64,000 bases of DNA from Octopus vulgaris (taxonomy: Eukaryota). The position numbers and the translations under genes were made by a program. Position 1 is the stretch's first letter; each line of letters opens with the position of its first letter. The notes beneath the pieces were generated by a model. That model searched no databases, was not told the origin of the DNA, and saw only the letters and a list, made by a program, of their open reading frames with translations. Shown piece after piece: positions 1-14,747 of the stretch. The stretch spans positions 60,574,001 through 60,638,000 of the forward strand of contig OX597832.1 in the NCBI GenBank assembly GCA_951406725.2, given 5' to 3'.

Positions 1-673
1 TAAAGAAGAGAGACACAGCTGAAACACTGTGTTTGCTAAATGAGCCAGAATTGCTGAGTAGATCAAAGATCATGAGTCAACAAACAGGATGGAATTTTTA
101 GCCAATGCTAAGCAGCAACAAAACATCAAAAATGCAAATGTCTGCAAAAGCAGACAGAAACTGCAGTGAAAAACACAAAAAATTTATATCCTTGTCAACA
201 GGGCAAACTCTTGAAAGGTGAGCAAATAGATCCACAAATAATATCACATCAGCTTGTTAGGTGGGTTGTAATAGTAATCTAGAAAGTACAGCCTTATCAA
301 AGCCAGTGTCACACCGAATCTACCTGGAAATTAATTATTTGTGCACGTTTCCAGACAACGCTTCATTACTTACATCCTAATCTAGGAGTATATAATTTGG
401 TTGGTCAATCAATTGAATCAATTGCTGAATGGTGTGGACCCACCTAATGCATATAATATAAGAACTCCAGACTAACCAAAGAGCAAATTAAGGAAATAAA
501 AATTATGCATGTGGTTATCACCACTAATGGCCATGTAAATCAGGTGTTGAGCATAAAAGAGAGAGAGAATGGAACAGTCTAAAAATAAATACTGGGGTTG
601 ATTTGTTTGACTAGAATCTTTCAAGATTGAGTTTTAACACTGTCACAGTCAAATGCCAGAAACAAGTACATAA

Positions 674-744
<71 letters not shown>

Positions 745-747
<3 letters not shown>

Positions 748-892
748 TCTCCTTGTTTTTTCTGTGTCCCTTTCTATAGAAGAGTGTAGGCTCGAAACGT
801 AACAGACTTTCTATTCCTGAGCGTTATACTAATACATCTGTTTTTGTTTTGTACACCACCTGTCTTCGTCTTTTGTTTTTTTCGTAAACTCT

Positions 893-895
<3 letters not shown>
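745..895 (+). repeat. Penelope-like-element-type remnant between (TA)n tracts
   Basis: Contains GAAGAG-TGTAGG-CTCGAAACGTA, resembling the degenerate minimal-hammerhead region of PLE terminal repeats. Confidence 0.35.
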
Positions 896-926
<31 letters not shown>

Positions 927-1009
927 GTTAGAAAAGATTTGCTCAAGATGCTGTATACAGGAACTTGAGCAAAAACTTATGTAGCTTTGAAGTGCCTTAT
1001 ATCTACATA

Positions 1010-1060
<51 letters not shown>

Positions 1061-2050
1061 ATTATACACGTGTGTGTGTGTGAATGACGAAATGATACAT
1101 ATATCTGATTTAATGCAGACTTTTGAATCAAATTACACACAAGTGAGAAAAACACTCTTGATCATATAATTAACACGACAGACACTTCTATGCCTACTCA
1201 TAGTTCATGAGTTCATACTCAGAGGTCTTGAGCTATGCAACAGAGCACACATAACCTCACTGGTCACCTCCACACACACTTCAATAACACTAGCTTTTGG
1301 CTTTTCTTTCTTCACTACTTCCTCTCTCCCTCTATGGCTATATCCTTGTTTGTTGTACCGTCTCCCCACATGTGTGTGTGTGTTATTTTTTTTTCTCTCT
1401 CTCACTTTATGTTTGTCACTATCACTCCTTAATTCTAATTTAAGAAGCTAATTAGACGAACATATACAAGTGTATAGGATGCACTGTTATAGAATAACCA
1501 AGATAGTTTCTCGAGACACTTGAAAGAACCAACAGGCCAAACAAATCAACAACTGACAACTAAGAGTGTATACAGAAGTCAGAAAAAAAAAAAAACATGG
1601 AAGAAAGAAGGGGAGAAAAAAAAAAAGGAAGAATGCTGAAAAGAAAGAAATTACTCAAAATGAAGACGAGAAAGGAAAGGAATTTACATGAATGAGTAAA
1701 TAAAGTGAAGTAATGCAAGTAAATGAAGTGAACATACGATGATTATTGCCATCATCGTTATCGTCATTGACAACAACATCAAAATGAAGAAAGAAAAATA
1801 GATCAATGTCAAAAACGAAACTAATAAGCATACAAAACAAGAACCTTTATTACTACAACTAATATTACATAGTAGAGACCAAAATAGTAGCAGTATTATT
1901 GCTGGTTAAAAGTGCATGGTACCAAACTTAATCTCAGAGCAGATGGTTAGCGAGGAAACCTTAGGTGAAGAGGTGAACAACATGAATGACAGTGAACACT
2001 AAAAGTACAATGAAAACTCTAGCTACAGAAGCATAATTGTATAAGATACA

Positions 2051-2091
<41 letters not shown>

Positions 2092-2375
2092 AATAAATAT
2101 ATATATACATACACACACAAGAATATGTAATGTATAGATAGACAGACATTGCTCCACATACACACTTTACAAAAAAAAATATGATAAAACACAAGATGCA
2201 GTTTATGCCGTTTGTTCCTTTGTGTTCATCATACTCTTCCCTACATTTGCTCTGAATATCATAACCGTTGATATCATTGACTACTGTAGTAACCCTAACC
2301 TCTTTACTGGAAGTAGACTGGATGAAGATATTCTATGTGGAGCTCTAAACTTACCAGTATATATGTTCTTTTGTT

Positions 2376-2700
2376 CTTTTACTTGTTTCGGTTATTTGAC
2401 TGCAGCCATGCTGGAGCGCTGCCTTTAATCTAATGACTGGATCCCAGAACTTATTCTTTGTAAGCCTAATGCGGGTACGTCAACACACCAACATACCAAG
2501 CGATGGTGGGTGGGTGAGGGGTGGAGGAACACAGACATGCACACAAATATATATGCATATATAAACAGACTTCTTTCAGTTTCCGTCTGTTGAATCCACT
2601 CACAAAGCTTTGGTCAGCCTGAAGTTATTGTAGAAGACACTTGCCCAAGATGCCACGCAGTGGGACTGAACCCAGAACCATGTGCCTATAGCCACTCCTA
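2376..2700 (-). mobile_element. tRNA-derived CORE-type SINE (family A, resembles octopus OR2)
   Basis: Reverse complement of the 36319 copy, with the CORE-like CTTGGGCAAGTGTCTTC block and the GAAACAAGTAAAAG tail. Confidence 0.75.
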
Positions 2701-2744
<44 letters not shown>

Positions 2745-2952
2745 GTGTGTGTATATGCATATACATACACTCTCCTCCCCACACACATACCAGTAAGCTT
2801 TTTTTTTGTGGGGTAAGATGATTGTTGCATAGCTGAAACTTCATCACAGGATTTACTATTTCAAATAAGTCTATCATTCGCCCAAGACAATCCTCTAACT
2901 CTTTAGTGAAGCCAACCATCCAAACCTTGTCACACACACAAATACGCCAAAC

Positions 2953-2979
2953 CTCTCCCTGAGCTGACCAAACCATTTT
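2953..2979 (-). CDS. Candidate 27-nt phase-0 mbl microexon (KMVWSAQGE)
   Basis: Long pyrimidine tract (2980-3060), TTTCTATTAG acceptor and GAG|GTTTGG donor. Frame-preserving after the 4881 exon. No homology support. Confidence 0.3.
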
Positions 2980-4044
2980 CTAATAGAAATGAAAAAGCTG
3001 ATTGACATGGAGAAAAATGGAAAAAAGTAAAAAAAAAAAAGAAAAGAAAACAGAACAAGAGATACTGTAGGGAAAATGAATGAAAAAAAACAATAATAAA
3101 CCTTCTATGAAAAAAAAAAAGATAATTCTTCTCAGTGTTGACTAGATTTTTTTTTTTTTGTAGCTTTCCAGCATTGTTGTCAAGCTGCACCCAGAAAGTC
3201 CAGGTCTAGCTTTTCCATGGCATAAAAGATGCATTGTGGATATTACGACCTTACTTTATCAGTCAACATTAAAGAGTAAAAGAAAGCAAAACAAATGAAA
3301 ATAAACATAGGAGTCAATAGCTCTGTCCCTCCTGATTGACACACATACACACAATACATGCAACAAATCAATGGAAACTAAGCAGACTTACAACCTGCTA
3401 AAAATAGCAGTCAAATCTCCCTTAAATGACATCCAACCGTCTTAAAAAGGAAGTGCCATTAGGATTATTATAGTCCTAGATACACTGTTTGAATGAAGTA
3501 TGGGGTGGCCATAACTGGAATGACTATCAAAAATTGACCAGAATCTAAGCAGCAACACAACTGCATGAATAGAAGCAATGAAGGAATACATGTGGTCACT
3601 GAATCTGCCAGAAACAGCAGCTGAATCTCCATTAAATAATACTATATCTACAAAAGAGATCGGATGGTCAATGTTGGGACATCTTTGATGTCCATCTTAC
3701 CAGAGCCGAACCAGAGGCTAAAAAACAACAGTCAGTAGACGGGAAACTAAGTCAACTACAGTGTATATCAAAAGACCAAGGATAAAACATCATCAAAGAT
3801 TAGCCAAAAAACTAAATTATTTTGTTTTACATCTTCATCTTTTAAATTTCAAAAATACCATTCAGTTACTCGCTTTTTATTAAAAGAATTTAAATATTTT
3901 ATTAGCTATATTATATAGCTATTTGAATTTAAAAAACAAAACAGGATAAAAAAAATTATCTATATGTGTTTGTGTGCAATACATATATATACACACACAC
4001 ACACATATATGCTTATGTTTATATGCATATGCATCTATTCATAT

Positions 4045-4099
<55 letters not shown>

Positions 4100-4880
4100 G
4101 TGAGTGTGAGCATGTGTGTGTATGAATATATATGTATGTATATTATTCATACATACATACATACATATATATATATCCCTATAGACAAACAGATGTACAG
4201 ACACACACATATTTGCATACATAGATAATGCTAATAAAGAAATGAGTAAATGGGTACAAATTTTAAGAGAAACTTTTGTAGAAAATGATTCAAAGAATTT
4301 TCTTGAAAAAAATATCATTTTTATTTTATTTCATATATTAACTTTTCTTTTACTAATTTATTTTTTCTTTTATCTTTTTGGGTATAACGATTTTTTTTTA
4401 CACTGTCACTAACAATGAATATCAGAGTAAAGAAGATTATAAAATATATGTATGGCAAGTAAGTAGATAAATAAATATGCAAAAATATGCAAAAAAGAAA
4501 AAAACATTCTATAGCTGATAGAAGAAATAAGCAAGAAGACAAACGAGGAAGTATGTTATGTTGCAAGGAAGAAAAACATTTGAATATATTAGCATTAAAA
4601 GAAAGAAAAAAAAGAAAACTCCTTGGCATGGCTTTTACTGTTTCCTTTTTTTTTTTTTGTGATACAAGGTGTGAATGGTAAAGGGAGTTTTTGGTTTAAT
4701 TTTACTTGGCTGGGACCAACACCAAGAGAAGAGAAAGAGAGAGATAGACAGGTTTAATTGAGATTGGATAGGTTTATCTATAAAGAAAATCTAAAATAGA
4801 ATTTTAAAGATAAAGGTGAAAAAAAAAAAGACAGAGAGTGAGAGAGAGAAATGAAGAGAAGAAATTTCATTAATACTTAC

Positions 4881-5057
4881 GACTGTTGGAATCATTCCAG
4901 GCACCAGTGGTTGTAGCCCAGCTGCAGCAGCCTGTGCAGCCTGCAACTGGAGGTTTTTAATAATTAAGTTGTTTCGACCATTTTGAAGTAACTGTTCCCT
5001 CAGATGTTGAGGTGGATGAAGATACTTGCAAGGAGGATCTTTCCTCTGACATTTGCC
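4881..5057 (-). CDS. mbl: Muscleblind-like protein, second coding exon (59 codons; rest of ZnF2 plus Ala/Gln-rich linker)
   Basis: Pyrimidine tract and CTCCAG|GGC acceptor at 5058, donor GTC|GTAAGT at 4880. Translates to GKCQRKDPPCKYLHPPQHLREQLLQNGRNNLIIKNLQLQAAQAAAAGLQPLVPGMIPTV. It joins in frame to complete CFDSIK|GKC-x6-C-x3-H and carries the Mbl KYLHPP...NGRNNL motif. Confidence 0.95.
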
Positions 5058-7049
5058 CTGGAGAGTAAAGAAGAAAAAAAAAAGAAAACAAAACACAATT
5101 AGTAAAAATGCAACAAAATAATAATAATTCTTTCTAACAACAACAACGATATTAATAATAATAATAATAATAATAATACCACCATGTCGAGCACATATGA
5201 TTGTGATGCATGTGTCTGTTGCACCCTTATCAGATGGGTAGTTATGATGGGTATATTGGGCTTCCTAAATTTTTACCCCAGTATCACTTTGATGGTGCTG
5301 CTCTCTCACTCAATAATAATAATAATCCTTTCTACTATTGACACAAATCCTAAAATTAGGGAAAGGAACAAGTTGATTACATCGATCCAAATACTAAATT
5401 GATACTCATGTCATTGACCCCAAAAGGATGAATGTAAAGAGTTGGGGAAAATACCACAAGCAATATGCCCTATGTGCTAATAATAATAAAAATAAGGGTT
5501 TCAAATTTTGAGACAAATGCAAGGAAGGAAGCAAGTCAGTTACATCAACCCCAGTATGCAACAGGTACTTGTATTATTGACCCCGAAAAGATGAATGGCA
5601 AAATCAACCTTGGCAGAATTTGAACCCAGAATGTAAAAATGGATGAAATGCCACTAAGAATTTTGACTGGTGCTTGCGACCTTACATAATAACAATAAAA
5701 AGAAGAATTCACGAAAGTGAATACAACACCAACATATGTATGTATACTAAAAGTACACACACACACAGTCTGTGCACAGACACATATATAGATATATAAG
5801 AAATTGATAAACATGTGAGAGAAAGTGTGGAGAGAAACATGACCTGACACAAAGTAGAGTGAAGTAATTAAAATGGAATCTGGTTCTTCTGAAATTATTA
5901 CTCTGCATTTCTCATCTGCAACTTTCTTACTACACTACATACAAACATATTACATATATATACATACACACACACATGTATGCATGCGTGTATCATCATC
6001 ATCATTATTGAACATCTCCTTATCATGGGTTGGCCGGTTCAACAGCAACTGATGAACCACAGAGTTGTACTGAGCTTTAGTGTCTGCATTGGCATGATTT
6101 CTACAGCTAGATACCCTTCCTAATGCCAACCACTTTACAGACACACACACACATAAAATGGAAGCTAGTTCTTCCTAAATATTTTTGATAGAAAAAGGAC
6201 ATTTCAGAGGAAAGAGATATATTTAAATATACAAAAAAACAAAACAGTATTAACAAAATAAATACATGATGATGGGGGAGACGACGATGATGATATTAAT
6301 GAATAAAGGCATGAATGGATAGAAAATGAGATAAAGATAAAGAGGTAGCATAGCAATAAGATTAATAAAGAATTAATGTATGGGTAGCAGTGGAAGCAAG
6401 GGTGGTAGTACGGTAATCAGAGATAAGGATGTAATGATGTAGAAGACGTATGTGGGGAGGGGGATGAGGGGGATTTAGATGAGCATTTGTTTTGTTTTTT
6501 ATTTATCCCCCCCCCCTTTTTTTACAATGTAATAATGAGAACATGGGGTTAATTAAGACAAAATTAGATAACAAGATAATAAAAGAAGGCACAACCATGT
6601 AGTAATTAAGGAAACTGTACAGTTGGTTTGTCAGACATGTTCAGAAGAATTCGGTGGGAGAAAGCGAGGAAGAAGAAAAAGAGCAAAGTATGAAATGCTG
6701 AATGCATGTAAGTGTGTGTATGTGGGGGTTAAAGGTAGGGTGATGGTTAGTCCAGCAACAAATGAAAGATGAAAATGAAATGAAAGTCTAATGATGGAAC
6801 AGGAAGGAAACCTATGCAATTTCCAATGTAATTATTTTCCTTAATACATACATTATATGTGTGTGTGTGTGTGTGTACTTGTGTTTATGTATGTAAATAG
6901 CTGTAGGCACAGTTGTGTGGTAAGAAGTTCACTTCCACACACACATATTTATTATACATATTCACGTTTAACATATACACACTGATGTCTGTTTACAACT
7001 ATCACATGAGTAAGAGATCAAGACAAGGAGCCACACAAATACATTGTGC

Positions 7050-7099
<50 letters not shown>

Positions 7100-7264
7100 C
7101 TGTGCATATGTGTGTGTATATATGTGTGTGTGTATATATATATATATGTATATAAGTGTGTGTGTATATATATATATATGTATATAAGTGTGTGTGTATA
7201 TATATATATATGTATATAAGTGTGTGTGTATATATATGTATATAAGTGTATGTATATATATATG

Positions 7265-7324
<60 letters not shown>

Positions 7325-7336
7325 CATACATATATA

Positions 7337-8080
7337 TCATCATTGTTTAACGCCGGCTTTCCATGCTGGCATGGGTAGGATGGTTTGGCTGAAAATTGGC
7401 AAGCCAGTGGGGCTGCATCAGGTTCTAATCTGATTAGGCAAGATTTCTACTGCTGGATGCCGTTCCTAATGCCAACCACTCAGAGTGTAGTGGGCGTTTT
7501 CTACGTGCCGCCACCACCACAGGTGCCATTGACTATGGTCTCACTTGGCTTGACAGGTCGACACAAATATGGTATAGTGCCAATTGTCTTGGTCGTCTGT
7601 CCACAAAACCCAACGCTCAATTGATGCTTTTCACATGCCACTGACACCAGTGCCAGTCAGATGGCACTAGCATCGGTCATGACTACAATTTCACTCAGTT
7701 CAATAGGTCATCACAAGCACAGCATATCGCACAATGATTGAAGGGTGCTTTTAACAAACCAGCTATGCAACACTGGCATCGGCCAAGACTATGATCTCAC
7801 TCAGTTTGAAGTCACTGCCCCTATGAGGCCCAATGCTCAAATGGTGCTTTTTATATGTCGCCAGCACAGGTGCTACTCAGACGTCATTGGCTACAATTTC
7901 ACTTGGTTCAACAGGTCTTCACATGCACAGTATATAGCCCAACAACTGAAGGGTGCTTTTAAAGGGCCAGCTACACAACACTGGCATCATCCACAACTAC
8001 AATCTCACTCAGCTTGACATCACAGCCTCCATGATGCCAAACATACAAACAGTGCTTTTTATGTGCCACTGGCATAGATG
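7337..8080 (-). mobile_element. SINE family C (Meta-domain-like, (GAT)n tail) with an internal ~208-bp tandem duplication
   Basis: GCTGGATGCCGTTCCTAATGCCAACC block shared with 9276, 17105, 36795, 41860 and 52622. GAAGGGTGCTTTTAA recurs at 7740 and 7948. Confidence 0.65.
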
Positions 8081-9233
8081 CCATGTGTGTGTGTGTGTGT
8101 GTATGTATGTACAATGTATATATATATATGTGCTGACACATGAAACACTAAGCCTTTGAATCACTCTGTTGCTTCAGCTAAATATCAAAATATATTTATA
8201 TGTTTATATGAAAGATTTCTTTGAGTTTCTGTCCAGCAAGTCCACTCACAAGGTTTTGGAGGCCCAGGGATACACCAGAAGACACTTGCTCAAAATGCTA
8301 GATGGGGGGGGCTGAACCAAAAAGCATTGTGGCTGGGAAGTAAACTTCTTAAAGACACAGTCACACTTGCACGTGTGTGTACTCGCACATCAGAAACCAT
8401 TTTAATAGCTTATAGGCTGGGAAACATTGCCGTGTAGTTTGGTGTATTTGTGCGGCAAATGTCTGATGTAATTGAAGAATGAAAAATAAAAAATAAAAAA
8501 AAAGGAGTGAAACATTCAGTTAGGGCAGCAGTATTGCGTAGTCATTAGATGTGTGTGTGTGTTTCAGCTTGTAGGTGTAAGTGTGTGCATTTGTTTCTGT
8601 TTGTGTATCAGTGATGTGCTCCATTGTGTAAAACCTAAAGACCAAATGAAAACAACAAAACCAATTTTGACTTTCTTTCCTCACTGTTCTCTCTCTCTCT
8701 CTCAGGTATGCAGTCAAGAAGAGCAAACAGTTCTTTGGCACACAACTATTATTCAGAGCACGTAACCATCATTGCCACTGACAACACCACAATCACCACC
8801 TTCATTACCACCACCATTATCATTTTTACCATCAACATTATGGTACAAAATAGTGGTTAGAGCCAGCACAGATGTTTTTCAAGTGTAACAGTACCTACTT
8901 TCAGTAATGTTGTAGTTGTTGTCGACGTTATGGTTTGTTGTTACTGTTACAGTTATAACAACTTGGTTTTGTTGTAACTTTGTTTATTGTTGTTGTTATT
9001 AATGTTACTGCGCTTGCTCTTACTATTCTGGTCTCAAACCACAACAGCTGGCCAACTCCAGCCTTATATATCTGTCCTGGTTTCAATCAATATCTGATAG
9101 GTGTAATACACTGAGGTCATATGTCTACTTGGTTATCAGGACAAAGCTTTGTTAGCAAATTATATCATTTAGTACAATGTTCTTTTTATAATAACTCAAA
9201 TATTCTATAATCTGATGCAATTCATTGTTATTA

Positions 9234-9268
<35 letters not shown>

Positions 9269-9275
9269 ATTATCG

Positions 9276-9478
9276 ATGCCAGGCCCACCTGACTGGCTTC
9301 TGTGCCAGTAACACATAAAAAGCACCAATTCACTCTTGAAGTGGTTGGTGTTAGGAAGGGCATCCAGCTGTAGAAACATGGTTAAATCAGATTGGAGCCT
9401 GGTGCAGTATCTGGCTCTCCAGACTACAGTCAAACCGTCCAACCCATGCCAGCATGGAAAGTGGACGTTAAATGATTA
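9276..9478 (+). mobile_element. SINE family C
   Basis: GGTTGGTGTTAGGAAGGGCATCCAGCTGTAGAAAC...AACCCATGCCAGCATGGAAAGTGGACGTTAAATGAT. Confidence 0.75.
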
Positions 9479-11885
9479 TTATTATTATTATTATTATTAA
9501 AAGGCAGAGAGCTGGCATAATTGTTAGGGTTCATCTTAAACCTCATTAGAATTATTGACCATGTGCTTAAACTAGAACAAAAATTATTAGTATTATAGCA
9601 ACTATCTTCACAAACCTATTCCACTACAAACAAAAGTGCCAAGACCCTCCTGCTCCATTAAACAACTTAGATACCACTACCATAAACCAAAAAAATGTAG
9701 GCCACCCAAATTCTTTACCAGAAACATTAGCACCTATGTTAACAGGATTTACCACATACACACTGTGTATATTTATTAACATTGAAGCTACGTAAGTGAC
9801 TTAAACCTATATGTGTGTATGTGTGTGTGTATGTATGTATGTATATATATATATTTTCCCACATACACACATGCATAGTTGGGTGTGCGTATATGTGTCA
9901 ATGCACTGGACTATTTAAAGATACATAAGAAAAAAATTAGTTTACCAAAACAAGAAGAGGGCGGTGTCCTATCTTTTATGGTAAAATATGAGAACATTTA
10001 CAGAATTGTTGATGGAACACATGTAGATAATCTAGTGATGCTCTAGCTCATACAACGTGTAATATATATGACTGCGTGGGCCAATGACTCATAACAACAA
10101 ATATATACAAGTACAATGTGTGTCTGTATACACACACACACACGAGAACACTGTAGTGATGTCCTTACATGAGTTACAATACATAAAACTTCTAATTTCA
10201 GCTAATGTATGGAAACACATCATACACAATTTATAATAGTTACTGTGGCTGCTGTCCAGATCCGGACAGCCCACAACCAATAGAGCTATGATCAAAGGTA
10301 TGTTATTACTGTTGGTATAATCCCACAATTCATTCAGGGTTACATTACTCATTATGTCCTTTCTTTTCTTTAGATGGCAGGTTATGTGTTTGAAGGAGAT
10401 CTGTTGGCTATCACTAACATGTACAGCAACAGTCCATATAAAGGCACTTCTGATAATGTTCTGTTGTTGTTTCTAGTGCCAAGTTCAATTGAGCAAATAA
10501 CCATCTGATGAAAGATGTATCAAATGATAACCTCACATCTCTTTTGGGGTCACATAAGACTACATTATCTAAAATGACTTCTGCTTTTTTTTAAAAACAG
10601 TACATGTGGATGTTATTTCTAGCAGATTGGGTAACCATACAGAGATGCTCTTTTTGGTGCAATGAAACATGTATCCCAATGTTTAGAATAGGTACAAGAT
10701 GTCTGCAGATGCCATAATAAACATCTAAAGGGGTTTTAGGCACCAGGAGGGGCATACAACTGTACAACATTAGCTCAAAAAGTTCACTCCAACACATACA
10801 AACAAGGAAATGCTGATGTAAAAATAGTGATGATGATGATGATGATATTTAGCTCCAGGTCACAGGATATTAAAGCAAAGTTTATAAAGACATTCGACTA
10901 AGAACGGCACTATTCAATTTATCTTTCCTCTTAGAAAACATTTAACATGTGATTCGAGGGAAATTTAGTTTATATTTCTAGCAACGGCATTCTTTCTAAT
11001 AGTGATGTTTCTTAGTCAGACCCATTCTATGCAGGACTACATTAATGAGTTCTATCTTTTTAAGACAGGTAAGGTGAATGATTTGAAGGAGAATTTGAGT
11101 GTTATTTCATGCTGGTAGAGTGACTATGTTAAAGCTCTAATCTTGGGTTGAAAGTATTACAATAGTAGAGAATATTTTTGTTTGTTTTTTCATGTCTACA
11201 TTCTGATACAGTGAAAGGAATCTGTAAAAGCAGCTCTCAGTGGAATTTATTACCCACTGCTATGGTAAGTATAAACATAATAAACATTTTCAGAGGAAAT
11301 TCTTGGAGTTGTCTTATAATGCCAGTTCCTTGAGAGCCAGAATGTGTGTGTGTGCGTGTGTTTCAACAAAAAGGCAATCTTGGTTCCAACCAATTTAAGA
11401 AGTACTAAATGCTGATGTCTCGGTTCACTAACAGCTAAGTTATAAGCAACAAACTATCAGTCTAACTCTCCATGGAGTCTTTTGGTGGTAGTTTGACCTA
11501 CTAGAAAAAGAAGCCAAACCTCCTTCAAATCACACAGCCACTATCTTAGAATCTAAGCCTACATTGAAATAATGTGGTCCTCAACTGCATGTATTTAAGG
11601 AAAAAGGCAGGGTGGTTATGTCTGGAATGCTTTGAATCATAGATAGTTCTGTGCGAACCGAGTTGATCTGGGGTTAAACAACAATAACAAGTAAACAGTC
11701 CAATAGGGGTAGGTGAGGTTCAGACAGCATGAAGCAGTGGGAGGTCTGGGTGGTGAGCAGGAGGAGAGTAACAACAGCAAGAGACTCTGCAAGAGAGAAG
11801 TGAGGCCGGGGCGTGGGGTGGAGGGTTGAATAGAACTCTTGAAAACTCCTGACATCCAGTTATAAAAGAGCAGAGAGTGTAAAAT

Positions 11886-11920
<35 letters not shown>

Positions 11921-12598
11921 GTATAGTTTATACATAAACATGCCCAAAAGTTTAAAAGGTTTAATGTCAGTGTTATGAAAACAGGAAGTTCTCAATCATG
12001 CATGCATGCATGTGGCTAGCAACTCATGGAATATTAATTGCAACCTGAATAGGAAGGAGGGGGCATTAATTGGTGGTGGTGGTGGTCGTAGTTGTCATAG
12101 TAGTAGTGAATATATAGTAATGAGCTGAAGGAGTGGTGGCAATGAATGTAGTGTTGGTGAAGTAATGTTGGTCCTGGTGGTAGTAGTGGTACTGTTTAAC
12201 CCTATGTCAATCTTGATCAAATACCTATAATCAAATAGCATTCCAACTGTGATCATCCTGTCTGTTTTCCTTCCAGTGTTTTTCCTTATATATATATGGA
12301 AATCAGGGCATTACCCAACACACACATTGTTTACTAAGATGGCAGGGTGTAATTTGAAAGAGATTTGGTTGCTATTTCTAGTAAGTTGAGCAGCTAAGTA
12401 GAAGCACTTTCACTGGCATGTAGTGGTAAAATAGCAATGATTAGTTGAAAGTGAGCGGTGAAATACTATGACAGAGACTGTGATAATCTTAGGGCGGCTT
12501 AAAGGAAGTGGTGGTAGTGGTGGTGGGTGGCCAAAAAAACACTCTCACCTTTTCCCATTTTATTGACAAAACAACCTTGTATTGGAAATTCATTAAAG

Positions 12599-12634
<36 letters not shown>

Positions 12635-14712
12635 GAAATGAAATGTGAAGACCTTGATAAAAAATTCATTAAGTGACACTTTCAGTCTAACATGAAAATG
12701 TTTTTCCTGAGTAAAAAACTGGTCTGTTAAAAGATAAGTAAGATAATAGTATATAACAGGTATCTTGTTAAACTCTGGGTCAGCCTATAAACTAATGGCA
12801 TTACTGCTAGGATTATCCCCACCTTATCAGACATAGTATCTCAAACTACAATATCCAACATGTCCTTTCTTTTACCATAATATCTTAAGAGGAAAGTTTT
12901 CAGTGAGATTTAGCTACACTCTCTAGCAGGTCAACCAACCATGCTTTGTCAGCTAGCATACTGCATGTGTGTGTGTGTATTCTGAATGCTATAAAGGAAT
13001 GATATATAAAGTTTGTGACCTTTCCTGTCTTAAAAAAACACATAAGAACTAGATGGATCACTGAATGAGATGTTATGATATGAAATAGCAGCTGTTTTTC
13101 CCCAACCCCACCAATCAATAAAAAAGAAAGAAAAAATTACATGTGCACACACAGACAGACAAACAGACACACACACACAGAGTTGAGAACCTGTCACCAA
13201 CAGTGATTCAAGGTATCCATGACCTCAAACACTTTTCACTCCTCGCAATAGAACCTGGGACTCCCAAGAGTTCTTGTGTATACTCTCAGTATTGGACTAA
13301 GCTGGAATCCTGTAACAACCTCTGGATAGTTTCCATATAGTTCTTGATAGACTTGGTACTGTCTATCATTTAAGCATTCCACAAAATACAACCTAAGCTT
13401 CTCATCAACCAGGACATTGCTATCCCCATTCGTCTACATTGAAATTTTGAAGAACTGTGAATTTCATGGTTTCCCAGAGGGAGGTGGGGTTCTCTTCAAG
13501 GATCTTGCTTGTCTTGGACCTAGAATCACTTTCCATAATTATTTTCTCCCTAATATTTTTATGCTGTCCTAGACAGTTTGCTATACTTCTCCATATTAAA
13601 TATTTTCCTTCCTATCATCACAAGATGAAGGGCTGGTACTACTGAGAGAGAGAGAGAAAGAGTGAGAGAGAGATATCGCCAGTTTCTTGGTTGCTGGCTC
13701 CTGGTAATGAAGATGAAGCTATTTATTCTGCTATCCCCTGAGCTGCAACAGGTGGCACTGTGCAAACAGCAGTTTCTGGGAACTGCTGGTATTGTTGCTG
13801 TTTATATAACCACCTATTGCTCTCTCCCCGCCTCTGAATTTTTATCTACTCAGTGTAGAAAGCCCTCAACTGGCTATTATTCTTACATATAAAACAAGGC
13901 TCTTTGTCCAGCACTACCACTCTAATTGCTTTCTTTTCTACTCAAGCTCACACAAAAGAGTATAGCAGGCATACCTTTGTACTTCAGCACTCTTCTGCTT
14001 AACCTCTTATTGTTTATTGGTACTAATACAATTACCATCTGCCCTACTGTGTCAAAGAGATGACAATGGACTGAAGGTCAGTATCACAACCAATATCTTT
14101 AGCCATGATAATGGTATTTTGTTTCCACATATACTATGGAACCAAGCTGTGGACAGGTGAGATGAATCAATCTCTGCTGCAACCTCACATTATCCTTGGC
14201 CTTAAAAATCCTGGCACATGCTTCATTATAATCTACTCCAGTAGCCTGCTTATTAAATCAGTTGGAATAGGTAAAACATAAACAGTACATCTAATATTCA
14301 TCTATTCCAAGTTGAGGATTCACTTCAGCACTGCTCCAAATATCTCATTTCTGAACAGATATATGATGCAAGACAGTTTCATTATAAATGTAAAAAAATA
14401 AAATGTTGATATGAAATTAAACCTTCTAGGACTCCGAGATTTCCAGATTCATGCAATTGTGCACCAAACTTATTTTCTTTGGTTGGAAGGTTTATTTTAC
14501 CAAACTGTATTCAGACCATTCAACATAGATGAATTTAGCTAAGAAAATTTAATTCATCTAAGGTATTTAATCCCTGGGAAAGCACAGTGACTCAGCAGGT
14601 AGTCTGTGCTATGACTTCATCAATTGCTATATCAAGAAGATAGGAAGGAACTCAAACTATAGCCAAAAGAAATTATGGAATATTCACCATACACATATAC
14701 AAATGCATAAAT

Positions 14713-14747
<35 letters not shown>

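Noticed and set aside
13200-14300. Complex-looking unique sequence that might be a decayed LINE or an exon
   Set aside because: No recognisable motif or sustained reading frame by eye; a tBLASTn/RepeatMasker search would be needed.
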